From Methanobacteriota archaeon (GTDB taxonomy: Archaea; Thermoplasmatota; Poseidoniia; Poseidoniales; Poseidoniaceae), in NCBI GenBank assembly GCA_011524855.1, contig WTJK01000033.1, positions 32,792 to 88,082 on the forward strand: a stretch of DNA of 55,291 nucleotides, read 5' to 3'. Of the stretch, positions 33,438-40,988 are shown piece after piece; within the stretch, counting starts at the first letter, position 1, and the number at the start of each line of letters is the position of its first letter. The translations under genes were made by a program, and so were the position numbers. The notes beneath the pieces are model-generated. The model was not told the DNA's origin. It searched no databases and was given only the letters and a program-made list of their open reading frames with translations.

Positions 33438-35281
33438 GGCGCTTCCTCCTCGGAACGCCAAGGCAACCCCAATTTCCGTCGAAGCACGTCCTGTTCGTTT
33501 CGGTCGATCATCAACGTGACCCGCGCACCCACCCAGACGGAGATGGTTTCGTGATGCCCGTTGACCGTGCAGCGCACCAACCGAGCACCGGGGCTCAAGG
33601 CTTCACAGCCGGTGGCAGAAGCAAACGCCTCAACCAGCGGGGCCCACCCTTGGATCAGGTCACGGAAGACCGCTTCGCTGACCTCGCTCACGTTGGCCGT
33701 CATTTGTTCGCCGAAGAGGTAGAGGCTTTCCTGACGTGAGCGCCATGAATCTTTCTTGAGCGTGAACGCGGGCAGGCCGACGTGAACCGTTTGTACTGGG
33801 TGGAAGGTACCTCCAGGCCATGCATCGCCTTTGTTGGTGGGGCAAGGCGGGTCAAACAACCGGTCCTTCACGGCCGGAGGTGCCACGTTCAGCCGCTTCC
33901 CGCGCATCCATACCGAATGCCCGTCCAAGGGCCATCCGTACAGCGTTTCGATGTTGTTCACCGTCTCCGCGTCGGCTTCCACAACGGAGTTCACGGTGGT
34001 TCGGGGTGCTGGGCGCAGATGGATGGGCTCGCTCGGGTCCCGCTGCCGTTCACGCCGAGAGTGATAGGTCGGGGCTTTTTCGAGCCCGTGGGCCGGATCA
34101 TGAACGAGCAGCGCCAGGAAGAAACCGCCGGTGTCGTGGTCCTCGTGCCAGAGGCGCTTGCATCGTGTGAGGGCATCGGCAATGGTGCGTTCTCGCTGAG
34201 CATCTTCGGCCACCCCACGTTGAAGACGAGCGGCGGGTGAGGCGTGGGCATCCTTGTAGAACGGCAGGTTGGACCACGCCTCGGAAGCAACCGGCTGCCC
34301 GGTCTCGTCAAGCAATGGCCAATCACTCAACCCGTCATGGAGCGTAAGGCCCGGGAACCGCTCGGTTTCGATGGGCAAAAGCGTGAGGTGAGGGCACCGC
34401 CGAAGCACTTCGGCGACCACCGCTTCGTTTTCGATCGGGTCCAGGCTGCACGTTGAGATGACCAGTTGACCCCCAGGAGCGAGCAGGTTGGCACCTCGCT
34501 CAGCGATTTCCACCTGTGTGGTGAACATCTTTCGGCCTTCTTTGGGCGTCCAATCCCACCACACATCACGGTTTTTTCGTGTCGTAGCCGTGCCGGTGCA
34601 GGGCACGTCGGCGACCACCAGGTCCAACCCAGGCGGCGGTACCCTGGCAAAGTGCCGTCCGTCGTGTTGAGCAATGACCATGTTGGCCAATCCCAACCGG
34701 CTTCGGTTGCTGACCAGCATGTTGAGTCGCCCAGAAACGGGCTCGTTGGCGATGACCACCCCGTTGGGATGGAGCACCTCGGCGAGTTGCGTGGCTTTGG
34801 ACCCGGGTGCGGCACACATGTCGAGCGCCAGGTGATGTTGCTCCGGGTTGAGCAAGGGAACGGGGAGCATGCTGGCCGCTTCTTGGCGGGTGATGCGACC
34901 GGTTTCATGGAGGATGGCCATCAATCGCTGAGCATCGCCTTCAGGGGCTCGCCCCCGTGCGAACGGCATGACAAACGCCTGCTCGTCGCCCATCCAGGGG
35001 AGATTGACGGCCCCCAGCGCTTTGACTTGGTCCGCCGTCCACTGGCGGTCTTGCCGGTGTTGGGTCAATCGAAAGGTTTCGGGAAGGGGCTCAAGCGCCA
35101 CCGCTAACCAACGTTCAACATCCCGTCCGAGGGCGCGCACCAAGTTTGCCAACGGCGAGGACGCAGCGTAGCGACGCCGTTCTTCTTCGCGGTCGGTAGG
35201 CCCTCTCACGACCCCGCCTCGGTGCGTATGTCTTTGGGTCTTCCGCCACGACCAAAAGCCACCACCGCCTGCTCTGACCAT
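33434..35281 (-). CDS. NOL1/NOP2/Sun-family RNA cytosine-C5 methyltransferase with C-terminal extension
   Basis: LDMCAAPGSKATQLAE, VIANEPVSGRL, VVADVPCTGTATTRKN, LLAPGGQLVISTCSL. The start is uncertain: M at 35281, 35308 or 35353. Confidence 0.8.
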   Translation of the reverse strand: MVRAGGGGFWSWRKTQRHTHRGGVVRGPTDREEERRRYAASSPLANLVRALGRDVERWLAVALEPLPETFRLTQHRQDRQWTADQVKALGAVNLPWMGDEQAFVMPFARGRAPEGDAQRLMAILHETGRITRQEAASMLPVPLLNPEQHHLALDMCAAPGSKATQLAEVLHPNGVVIANEPVSGRLNMLVSNRSRLGLANMVIAQHDGRHFARVPPPGLDLVVADVPCTGTATTRKNRDVWWDWTPKEGRKMFTTQVEIAERGANLLAPGGQLVISTCSLDPIENEAVVAEVLRRCPHLTLLPIETERFPGLTLHDGLSDWPLLDETGQPVASEAWSNLPFYKDAHASPAARLQRGVAEDAQRERTIADALTRCKRLWHEDHDTGGFFLALLVHDPAHGLEKAPTYHSRRERQRDPSEPIHLRPAPRTTVNSVVEADAETVNNIETLYGWPLDGHSVWMRGKRLNVAPPAVKDRLFDPPCPTNKGDAWPGGTFHPVQTVHVGLPAFTLKKDSWRSRQESLYLFGEQMTANVSEVSEAVFRDLIQGWAPLVEAFASATGCEALSPGARLVRCTVNGHHETISVWVGARVTLMIDRNEQDVLRRKLGLPWRSEEEAP

Positions 35282-35306
35282 GCTGGCCGAGTCGCAGGGG
35301 TGGATC

Positions 35307-36602
35307 ATGCCCCTGTTGTTTCTTGGCTGCTTGCTGTGGGCGTTGTCGCCCATGCTTCCGCTCCATGAGCCCCATCAGCGGTGGCAACGTTGGGCGTTGC
35401 ATGCTGTTCCCCCGTTGCTGCTGTTCGCGTTGCTGATCGACCGTGTGCACGCGTTGTTGACGCACGACGTGAACCACCCCGAGGTGGCCACGTTGTTGAC
35501 ATCGGTCGATGCGTGGCCCGTGCGCTTGCAGGTGTTGTTCACCGGTCAGGGGGCCGTGGAGGGCGCCATGCTGTCGTTCATGGCGTTCTCGGTGCTCAGC
35601 CCTCGGTTGCCGAGTTTGCGCGGCGCGGTTCCCACCACACGATCAGCCATCCAACGACGCATGGTGGCTCATGCAGGTGCATGGTGTGCCGTCCTGATGA
35701 CCACCCTCCTGCCCGAGTCGGCATACGAGTCCTTGACTTTGCTTCCGCCACAGCCCACGCAAACCGTCGGCGCATGGTCCGTTCTTTTCGCCGTTGTGCT
35801 GGCGACGTTGGTGCTCATCATGGCGGGTGAATTGGTGAGCGCCACGGGGTTGATGGCCACCACGCGAGAGCCCCGGCTGCTGCTCCAGCGTGCGGTGATG
35901 AAGATGGCAGTGGCGTTGCCGCTCTTGTGGTGGTGCTGGGCGATTCACGTGGATGTTGAGGCCTGGTGGGCACGTCCGAACGCTGACTCGAAAGCCACAT
36001 TGGGGTTGCTGATTGCGCTGTTCGGTACCGCCGTCACCACCGTCCACGTGCCCGCACAACTGGTCGAAGGCCGTTCGCACACCAACCAGCACCCAACCCG
36101 CACCACGGTGGCCGTTGCCTTCACAGCGCTGCTGATGATGCCTCTTTTTGGTGGTTGGATGTCGGATGCCTTTGGCTACGTCGCTTCCGCCGATGCTCTT
36201 TGGATCGCGTTGCGTCTCACGGCAGTGTTGCTGTTGGTGGCTGGGGCCTTCATGCTGCTGCCGTTGTTGGGCATGGACGGCGCTCATCGTCCCGAACTCT
36301 GGTGGTTCAGGGTGGTGATTGGAGCAGGTGTTCCCGTGGGTTTGGTGTTCACCTCCGACGCGGCGCTGTTGGTTCAGGGAGCGTTGCTGACCGGAACATT
36401 GAGCCTGATGTGGCCGTGGATCCTCGAACACCAGCATCGACCTCAACGGTACGCTGCGGCGGCGAGTCTGAGCGTGGTGCTGGTGGGTTGGGCTTTGATG
36501 TGGCTGCCTTGGCCGCTCACGGTGACGGTTCAAGCCGTTGTCGCTGGAACGGTGGCGTGGTCGGTGGTGGCAAGCGTACCCGGTGCGTGGTCCGGGCGAT
36601 GA
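35307..36602 (+). CDS. Hypothetical polytopic membrane protein (about 10 or more TM helices)
   Basis: Hydrophobic throughout, with no motif recognised. I prefer ATG 35307 to 35280, which would overlap the divergent methyltransferase start. Confidence 0.55.
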   Translation: MPLLFLGCLLWALSPMLPLHEPHQRWQRWALHAVPPLLLFALLIDRVHALLTHDVNHPEVATLLTSVDAWPVRLQVLFTGQGAVEGAMLSFMAFSVLSPRLPSLRGAVPTTRSAIQRRMVAHAGAWCAVLMTTLLPESAYESLTLLPPQPTQTVGAWSVLFAVVLATLVLIMAGELVSATGLMATTREPRLLLQRAVMKMAVALPLLWWCWAIHVDVEAWWARPNADSKATLGLLIALFGTAVTTVHVPAQLVEGRSHTNQHPTRTTVAVAFTALLMMPLFGGWMSDAFGYVASADALWIALRLTAVLLLVAGAFMLLPLLGMDGAHRPELWWFRVVIGAGVPVGLVFTSDAALLVQGALLTGTLSLMWPWILEHQHRPQRYAAAASLSVVLVGWALMWLPWPLTVTVQAVVAGTVAWSVVASVPGAWSGR

Positions 36603-36636
36603 AATTCACCGTTCGTGGCGTGTTTTGTCGCGATGG

Positions 36637-36681
36637 TTATATCGGATGTTGATAATTTCTCTCTGAAATCGCAAGATTTCA
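36637..36681 (+). promoter_or_regulatory. Putative promoter (TATA-like ttatat / tgataattt) followed by the perfect palindrome TGAAATC-gcaa-GATTTCA
   Basis: ttatat at 36637..36642, tgataattt at about 36650..36658, and the palindrome at 36664..36681, which ends 15 nt before ATG 36697. Confidence 0.4.
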
Positions 36682-36696
36682 AGGGATGGGACCCTC

Positions 36697-37056
36697 ATGG
36701 CACGAGCCTTTCGAAGCGGCGTTGACGCGAAGCGCAAACTGAACATGCCGTTGAAGGCGCGTCGGTGGCCGACGGTTGAACCCGTCCTTCGCACGTTGAA
36801 ACGTCGTGCAGAACGCACTCGGGATGCCATGACGCCGCTGGAGGAGGTTCCCTCTCTGATTCGAATCGAACACGACCGCTGGGTGTTTGAACGCATTGAA
36901 GCATCGGTGTTGGATGCTGCATCGCACCGATTGGTGCTCACAGAATCGAGCGGTGATCGGGTGCTTGGCGTGACCCTGACGTTGGACACGGCGTTGGACG
37001 TGGCGCAAAAAATGGCCGAGATCGATGACCGTGTGGTGTTGATCCAGCCGATGTAA
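36697..37056 (+). CDS. Hypothetical protein (basic N-terminus)
   Basis: ATG-initiated 119-aa ORF preceded by an AT-rich promoter-like tract. No motif recognised. Confidence 0.45.
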   Translation: MARAFRSGVDAKRKLNMPLKARRWPTVEPVLRTLKRRAERTRDAMTPLEEVPSLIRIEHDRWVFERIEASVLDAASHRLVLTESSGDRVLGVTLTLDTALDVAQKMAEIDDRVVLIQPM

Positions 37057-37058
37057 GC

Positions 37059-37253
37059 TCAGCCGAACAGGTTCCAAATGGCCTGGACCACGCCTTGGTT
37101 CACGAGGTAAAAGAAGCCACCCAGGCCGATGCAGGCCAAATAGACCTGAGCGGGCGTAATTTTCCAAGAATCTTCCGATTCCTCGTCAAAATAGCGAATC
37201 AAACCGGCAGCTTGCTGAATGCCGCTGCCATCGTTCTTCTTCTTGGATGCCAT
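37059..37253 (-). CDS. secG: Preprotein translocase subunit Sec61-beta (archaeal SecG)
   Basis: AAGLIRYFDEE followed by a single C-terminal TM (VYLACIGLGGFFYLV), as in the M. jannaschii Sec61-beta motif SAGLIRYMDE. Confidence 0.85.
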   Translation of the reverse strand: MASKKKNDGSGIQQAAGLIRYFDEESEDSWKITPAQVYLACIGLGGFFYLVNQGVVQAIWNLFG

Positions 37254-37302
37254 GTGGACCGATTCCTGCGACCGTTCTCCCCCTTATCAACGCGACGCGC
37301 GT

Positions 37303-38181
37303 TCACGCCTCCTCGAGGATGGCTGCGTAATCAACGCTCGTTACGCTGGAGGGGTCGTGGGTGAGGGTCAATTCGGTGAGCGCTCCCTCATCGCTTGGTG
37401 ACCGGTCGGGGGCGGTCTGAGGGTCAAGGAGCATCATGTTGGCTTCCACCCGAGCGAGCGCTCGCTCAACGGCAGCCGTTCGATCTTCGGCAAGTGCTGA
37501 CTGAGCAGCGTGCAGGTCATCGTCGATGTTGACCGCCAGGGCTTCTTGGTCGTCCCCATCCACGAACGGCTGCAACGCGCCCCAGCGGTCGCGATGCCGA
37601 TGGATGTGTTCGAGGAGGTCCGCCCGGCCTGCCTCCATCAGGCCCTTCCATGCGGTTTCGTTGGTTTTCACGTTGACTTCTGGCAACCACCCTTGCATCG
37701 TCCGCTCAGCTTTGGTGGGTCGAACCCACTCCCATGGGCGCCGTCCCAATGCGTTGGCAACGTCAAGGGCCAACCGATTTTTCATGGCACGAGGCCCTTC
37801 CAAACGAATCATGTTGAGGTAGCCCGAGGTCATCAGCCCCCACCCCCAGTACGGGAAGGACCGGATGCTGACCTTCAGGTCGCCACTTTGGGTGCTGATG
37901 CTCCAGCGCTGCTCGTTGAATCCCGGGATTTCATCGACGACGGGGGTTTCAGCATGAGGCAGGTGCGCCAGAACGGCAGCTGCGAGGTCGCCCAAGTACA
38001 GGACGTTGTGAGGGCCGTTGAAATGTCGGTTTCTCAACAGGCGATGTTCCAGGTCAACCTTGTGAGAAGCCGTCGCTTGCCGGACCTGACCGAACAGCAC
38101 CGTGGTGTTCGGGTCGTTGTGCTCTGGTTCACCCGTGGACACACCAACCGCTCCCGTTGTTGTCTCGGGCTTCATCACCAT
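37303..38181 (-). CDS. Hypothetical protein
   Basis: 292-aa ORF with plausible composition (FPYWGWGLMTSGYLNMIRLEGPR...). No motif recognised. Confidence 0.5.
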   Translation of the reverse strand: MVMKPETTTGAVGVSTGEPEHNDPNTTVLFGQVRQATASHKVDLEHRLLRNRHFNGPHNVLYLGDLAAAVLAHLPHAETPVVDEIPGFNEQRWSISTQSGDLKVSIRSFPYWGWGLMTSGYLNMIRLEGPRAMKNRLALDVANALGRRPWEWVRPTKAERTMQGWLPEVNVKTNETAWKGLMEAGRADLLEHIHRHRDRWGALQPFVDGDDQEALAVNIDDDLHAAQSALAEDRTAAVERALARVEANMMLLDPQTAPDRSPSDEGALTELTLTHDPSSVTSVDYAAILEEA

Positions 38182-38290
38182 AAAGCGTGCCGAAGGGGGA
38201 AGGCTGAACGTGCAGAGGGTGGTACGCAGAATCGGCCTGTTGTGGGAAGGTTCAAGAAACGCTTGTTGCCTCTACTGGACAGGTGAGCAC

Positions 38291-38830
38291 ATGGCGAAGA
38301 AGGCAGGAAAGGACGGAGACGGGTTGACAAAACTGCCAGGCGTAGGCGCTGCTACCGCTGCCAAACTCGTGGCCGCCAACTTGGGAACGGTGGCCAAACT
38401 GGCCAAATCAAGCCCCGCCGTGCTGAAGAAAGCCGGCCTTTCGCCGAGCACCGCCACCAAGGTGCTCAAAGCGGCCAAAGCCGCCTCAGTGGTTGAAACC
38501 AAAGCCAAAGCCGTGGGTTCAGCCACCAAGGCCAAGGCCAGCAAAGCCACTTCTGCAACCAAGAAAGCTGCTCAAGGGGTGACTGCCAAAGCCAAATCCA
38601 CCACGAAAAAGGCAGCATCCTCCGCCAAATCCACCGGCACCAAAGCGGCCAAGGCTGGGAAAGGTGCGGCTGCGAAGGCGGTGGCTAAAGGCAAAGCCGT
38701 CGCAGAAAGCGTGGTGGAGGCCACGGAATCTGCCGAAGCCCTGAGCACCAGCAAGGATCCCAACCGGAAGGGCTCTACCATCAAGGTCCCCCGCTCGGTG
38801 AAGGACATGCCATGGTTCAAAAAAGGCTGA
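38291..38830 (+). CDS. Helix-hairpin-helix protein with histone-H1-like Lys/Ala/Thr/Ser-rich tail (candidate nucleoid-associated protein)
   Basis: AGGTGA precedes ATG 38291. LTKLPGVGAATAAKLVAANLGTVAKLA...LKKAGLSPSTATKVL (HhH pair), then about 100 aa of KAKA/TKKA repeats, ending KVPRSVKDMPWFKKG. Confidence 0.65.
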   Translation: MAKKAGKDGDGLTKLPGVGAATAAKLVAANLGTVAKLAKSSPAVLKKAGLSPSTATKVLKAAKAASVVETKAKAVGSATKAKASKATSATKKAAQGVTAKAKSTTKKAASSAKSTGTKAAKAGKGAAAKAVAKGKAVAESVVEATESAEALSTSKDPNRKGSTIKVPRSVKDMPWFKKG

Positions 38831-38872
38831 AACCACCCATACCTTTGTTGACCGAGACGCAAAGTCTTGCTC

Positions 38873-39055
38873 ATGCCTCGACGCAAGTACGGCCGTCTAC
38901 GAAAAACGGTTGAACAACCGTCCAAGGACAACTGCTCCCGTTGCCGTTCAGGAAAGCACTGCCCCATCGAAGGCCACGAGGGTCAAGCCGTGCTGGCCAA
39001 CAAAGGCTGGGTTGGCCCTCAGACCGTCCCCAAACGGAAGAAGCGCCGATCATGA
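38873..39055 (+). CDS. Possible small basic Cys/His protein
   Basis: MPRRKYGRLRKT...CSRCRSGKHCPIEGH...PKRKKRRS. It lies 40 nt downstream of the HhH gene on the same strand. It is short, so coding status is uncertain. Confidence 0.3.
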   Translation: MPRRKYGRLRKTVEQPSKDNCSRCRSGKHCPIEGHEGQAVLANKGWVGPQTVPKRKKRRS

Positions 39056-40246
39056 TGCGTTCAGGCCGGCACCGCTGGTTGACGGGGTGAGGGGTTCGAC
39101 AGCAGCGATCGGTCCATCGGTGTCCATTCGGAGTGCTTGCGCACGATGGTAGACTTCGCGAAGTGTTTGGTCTGAAATTTCGAGGTACACGCGAGTGGTA
39201 GCGATGGTTGCATGCCCCATCAGGCGTTGAATGGTCACCAAGTCTGCGCCTCGCTCGAGCAAGCCGGTTGCAAAATTATGGCGAAGGACGTGAGGCGTCA
39301 GTTTGCCTTTGGGCAAGCCCGCCTCAACCGCAAGGGTGTCCATCATGCGTTGAACACTGCGAGGTTGCAACGGGCGACCTTGCTGGTTCAGCAGGGCAGG
39401 ACCTGCGTCCTTGCCCACCATGGACAAGCGCACCGGTTCCCACGCCTCCAGCGAACGCAAGGTTCGGGCCGTGAACAACACCGTGCGATCTTTATCCCCT
39501 TTTCCACCAAAAACCCGTGCCGAACCGTCCTCCATGTCGATGTCCTCCATGTTCAGTGCGCACACCTCGCTCACGCGAAGACCTGTGTCGAGCATCAGCG
39601 TGACCAGGAGGGCCATGGCGGGGTGTTCACTGCATGACGCCGCTTCAAGCACGGCGGTCAGCTCACGTTTGGTCAAGGTCCTTGGAAGGCGCTTTCCGGT
39701 CCGGACCCGCTGCAGGTGGTCGGGCCATGTCAACCCCAGCCACCGAACGAAGTGGCGGGCGGCGGCCAAGCGGGCGTTGAACGTGGTGGGCCGCAGACCT
39801 GCGATGCTGTGCGCCCATACATCGAGCCGTCCGTTCATGGGCTCCATGCGCTGGGCCATTGCTTCAACACTGAGACCTTCAACGAAATCAGCAGATGGCG
39901 TCTGTTCGTTGGGCAAGGCCGTTTCGATGAGGGCCATCAGTCCGTAAAAGTAGGATTTCTGGGTGTTGGCAGATTTGTTTTCGGCGTGCAACTGGCGTTC
40001 ATAACACGTGCGCCATGGCAGATGGCGAAGGTGAGCCAAGCGAGCAGGAAGGTCGGGGCCGTCGGGCTGGGACAGTCGCATCTGGCTCGGGCGACGGGCC
40101 CGTGGTTGTGGCGTTCGCATCGTGTTCTCGTCCATTGGCGTCACCGCCTCCCGCCGAAGCGGGTGTGCATCCCGTGCCCCGAAGAGCATGTTGCACTCAG
40201 CGGCCTGCTTAATGAAATCATCGTTGAAAGGAAGGAAAGGCGACAT
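39050..40246 (-). CDS. xerA: Tyrosine recombinase XerA-like (phage-integrase family)
   Basis: C-terminal catalytic region ...GLRVSEVCAL..., HVLRHNFATGLLERGADLVTIQRLMGHATIATTRVYLEI. The real start may be M at 40135. Confidence 0.8.
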   Translation of the reverse strand: MSPFLPFNDDFIKQAAECNMLFGARDAHPLRREAVTPMDENTMRTPQPRARRPSQMRLSQPDGPDLPARLAHLRHLPWRTCYERQLHAENKSANTQKSYFYGLMALIETALPNEQTPSADFVEGLSVEAMAQRMEPMNGRLDVWAHSIAGLRPTTFNARLAAARHFVRWLGLTWPDHLQRVRTGKRLPRTLTKRELTAVLEAASCSEHPAMALLVTLMLDTGLRVSEVCALNMEDIDMEDGSARVFGGKGDKDRTVLFTARTLRSLEAWEPVRLSMVGKDAGPALLNQQGRPLQPRSVQRMMDTLAVEAGLPKGKLTPHVLRHNFATGLLERGADLVTIQRLMGHATIATTRVYLEISDQTLREVYHRAQALRMDTDGPIAAVEPLTPSTSGAGLNAS

Positions 40247-40320
40247 CGGGGCCGTGACCCCTGATGGCGCTGTTGTACAACTGGATCAGTTGGAGAAAGC
40301 CGTCGGCTCGGTTCGAGACC

Positions 40321-40587
40321 TCAGAGGTGCTCGATGCCTTGCTTCTTGACGTTGGCCTTCTTGATCTTGTCTGGGAGCCAAGCAGGACCGTTGGCTGGCT
40401 TGTCAACCATCGTGATGCTGCCCGTGAAGACGTGGACACGCTTGGTGCCACGCTCTCGCAGGCGGATGGTCGTGTGTCCGCGGGTAGCGGCCTTCAAGGC
40501 TGCACCACGGGGTTGTTTGCTCGCAAAAACCTGGCTCGTGTCTTTTCCGTTCTCCATGAGAACGAAGTATTTCTTTCCGTCTGACAT
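40321..40587 (-). CDS. Chromosomal protein MC1
   Basis: FASKQPRGAALKAATRG...IRLRERGTKRVHVF...GPAWLPDKIKKANVKKQGIEHL closely parallels Methanosarcina MC1 (GKQPRQAALKAANRG...IRLRERGTKKVHVF...RPAWMPEKI). Confidence 0.9.
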   Translation of the reverse strand: MSDGKKYFVLMENGKDTSQVFASKQPRGAALKAATRGHTTIRLRERGTKRVHVFTGSITMVDKPANGPAWLPDKIKKANVKKQGIEHL

Positions 40588-40593
40588 TGGATT

Positions 40594-40634
40594 ACCTCCA
40601 GTGGGTCGTTTGCACGGCGAGGATATAATATTTT
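40594..40634 (-). promoter_or_regulatory. MC1 promoter: GGAGGT Shine-Dalgarno and TATA box AAAATATTATAT
   Basis: On the minus strand, GGAGGT (40594..40599) lies 6 nt upstream of the ATG, and AAAATATTATAT (40623..40634) lies about 36-47 nt upstream. Confidence 0.55.
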
Positions 40635-40637
40635 CTC

Positions 40638-40659
40638 AAAAAAAGGCGCATACTGCGCC
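40638..40659 (-). terminator. Hairpin plus T7 tract downstream of the RAM-domain gene
   Basis: Minus strand reads GGCGCA-GTA-TGCGCC-TTTTTTT, about 64 nt after the stop at 40723. Confidence 0.5.
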
Positions 40660-40722
40660 ACATATGGTCCGCAGTGCACCGGTCCGAAAGGAAAAACAGG
40701 GCTCAGGGTGAACAGGAACGCT

Positions 40723-40956
40723 TCACAGGTCGGCCCCTGCGAGGGTTTTGGTTTGCTTCACGCCCGGAATGGAGCGAACTTCGTTGACAACGGCCTTCGC
40801 AATGTCACCCAGATCGGGTGCGACCAGCTTGGCGATGATATCGTGGTCCCCGAACAGCACGGTGGCGTCAACCACGCACGTCACGTCTGCCAACGCAGCG
40901 TGCACGTGTTGCTCTGAACCCGGTTCCACATCGATCAGCACGTACCCCACCGCCAT
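40723..40956 (-). CDS. Stand-alone Lrp/AsnC ligand-binding (RAM) domain protein
   Basis: MAVGYVLIDVEPGSEQHVHAALADV..VVDATVLFGDHDIIAKLVAPDLGDIAKAVVNEVRSIPGV. ATG 40956 avoids overlap with the upstream giant gene. Confidence 0.7.
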   Translation of the reverse strand: MAVGYVLIDVEPGSEQHVHAALADVTCVVDATVLFGDHDIIAKLVAPDLGDIAKAVVNEVRSIPGVKQTKTLAGADL

Positions 40957-40988
40957 GTCACTCAGCGCGGGTTGGGGGGCACCACGCT

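Noticed and set aside
35643-36533. 296-aa ORF antisense to the polytopic membrane-protein gene
   Set aside because: It is His/Gln/Arg/Pro-rich low complexity with no start context. The sense strand encodes regular TM helices.
39050-40246. The tyrosine recombinase as the integrase of an integrated mobile element or provirus
   Set aside because: There is no adjacent tRNA target, I noticed no flanking direct repeats, and there are no viral or plasmid genes nearby. The neighbours are housekeeping (MC1, Sec61-beta). The sequence and size fit the chromosomal XerA dimer-resolution recombinase.
40615-40640. The partial palindrome gaggatataatattttctc as a XerA dif site
   Set aside because: The symmetry is imperfect, and the position (about 40 nt upstream of the MC1 ATG) is fully explained as the MC1 TATA box. 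I cannot recall the dif consensus well enough to support that call.
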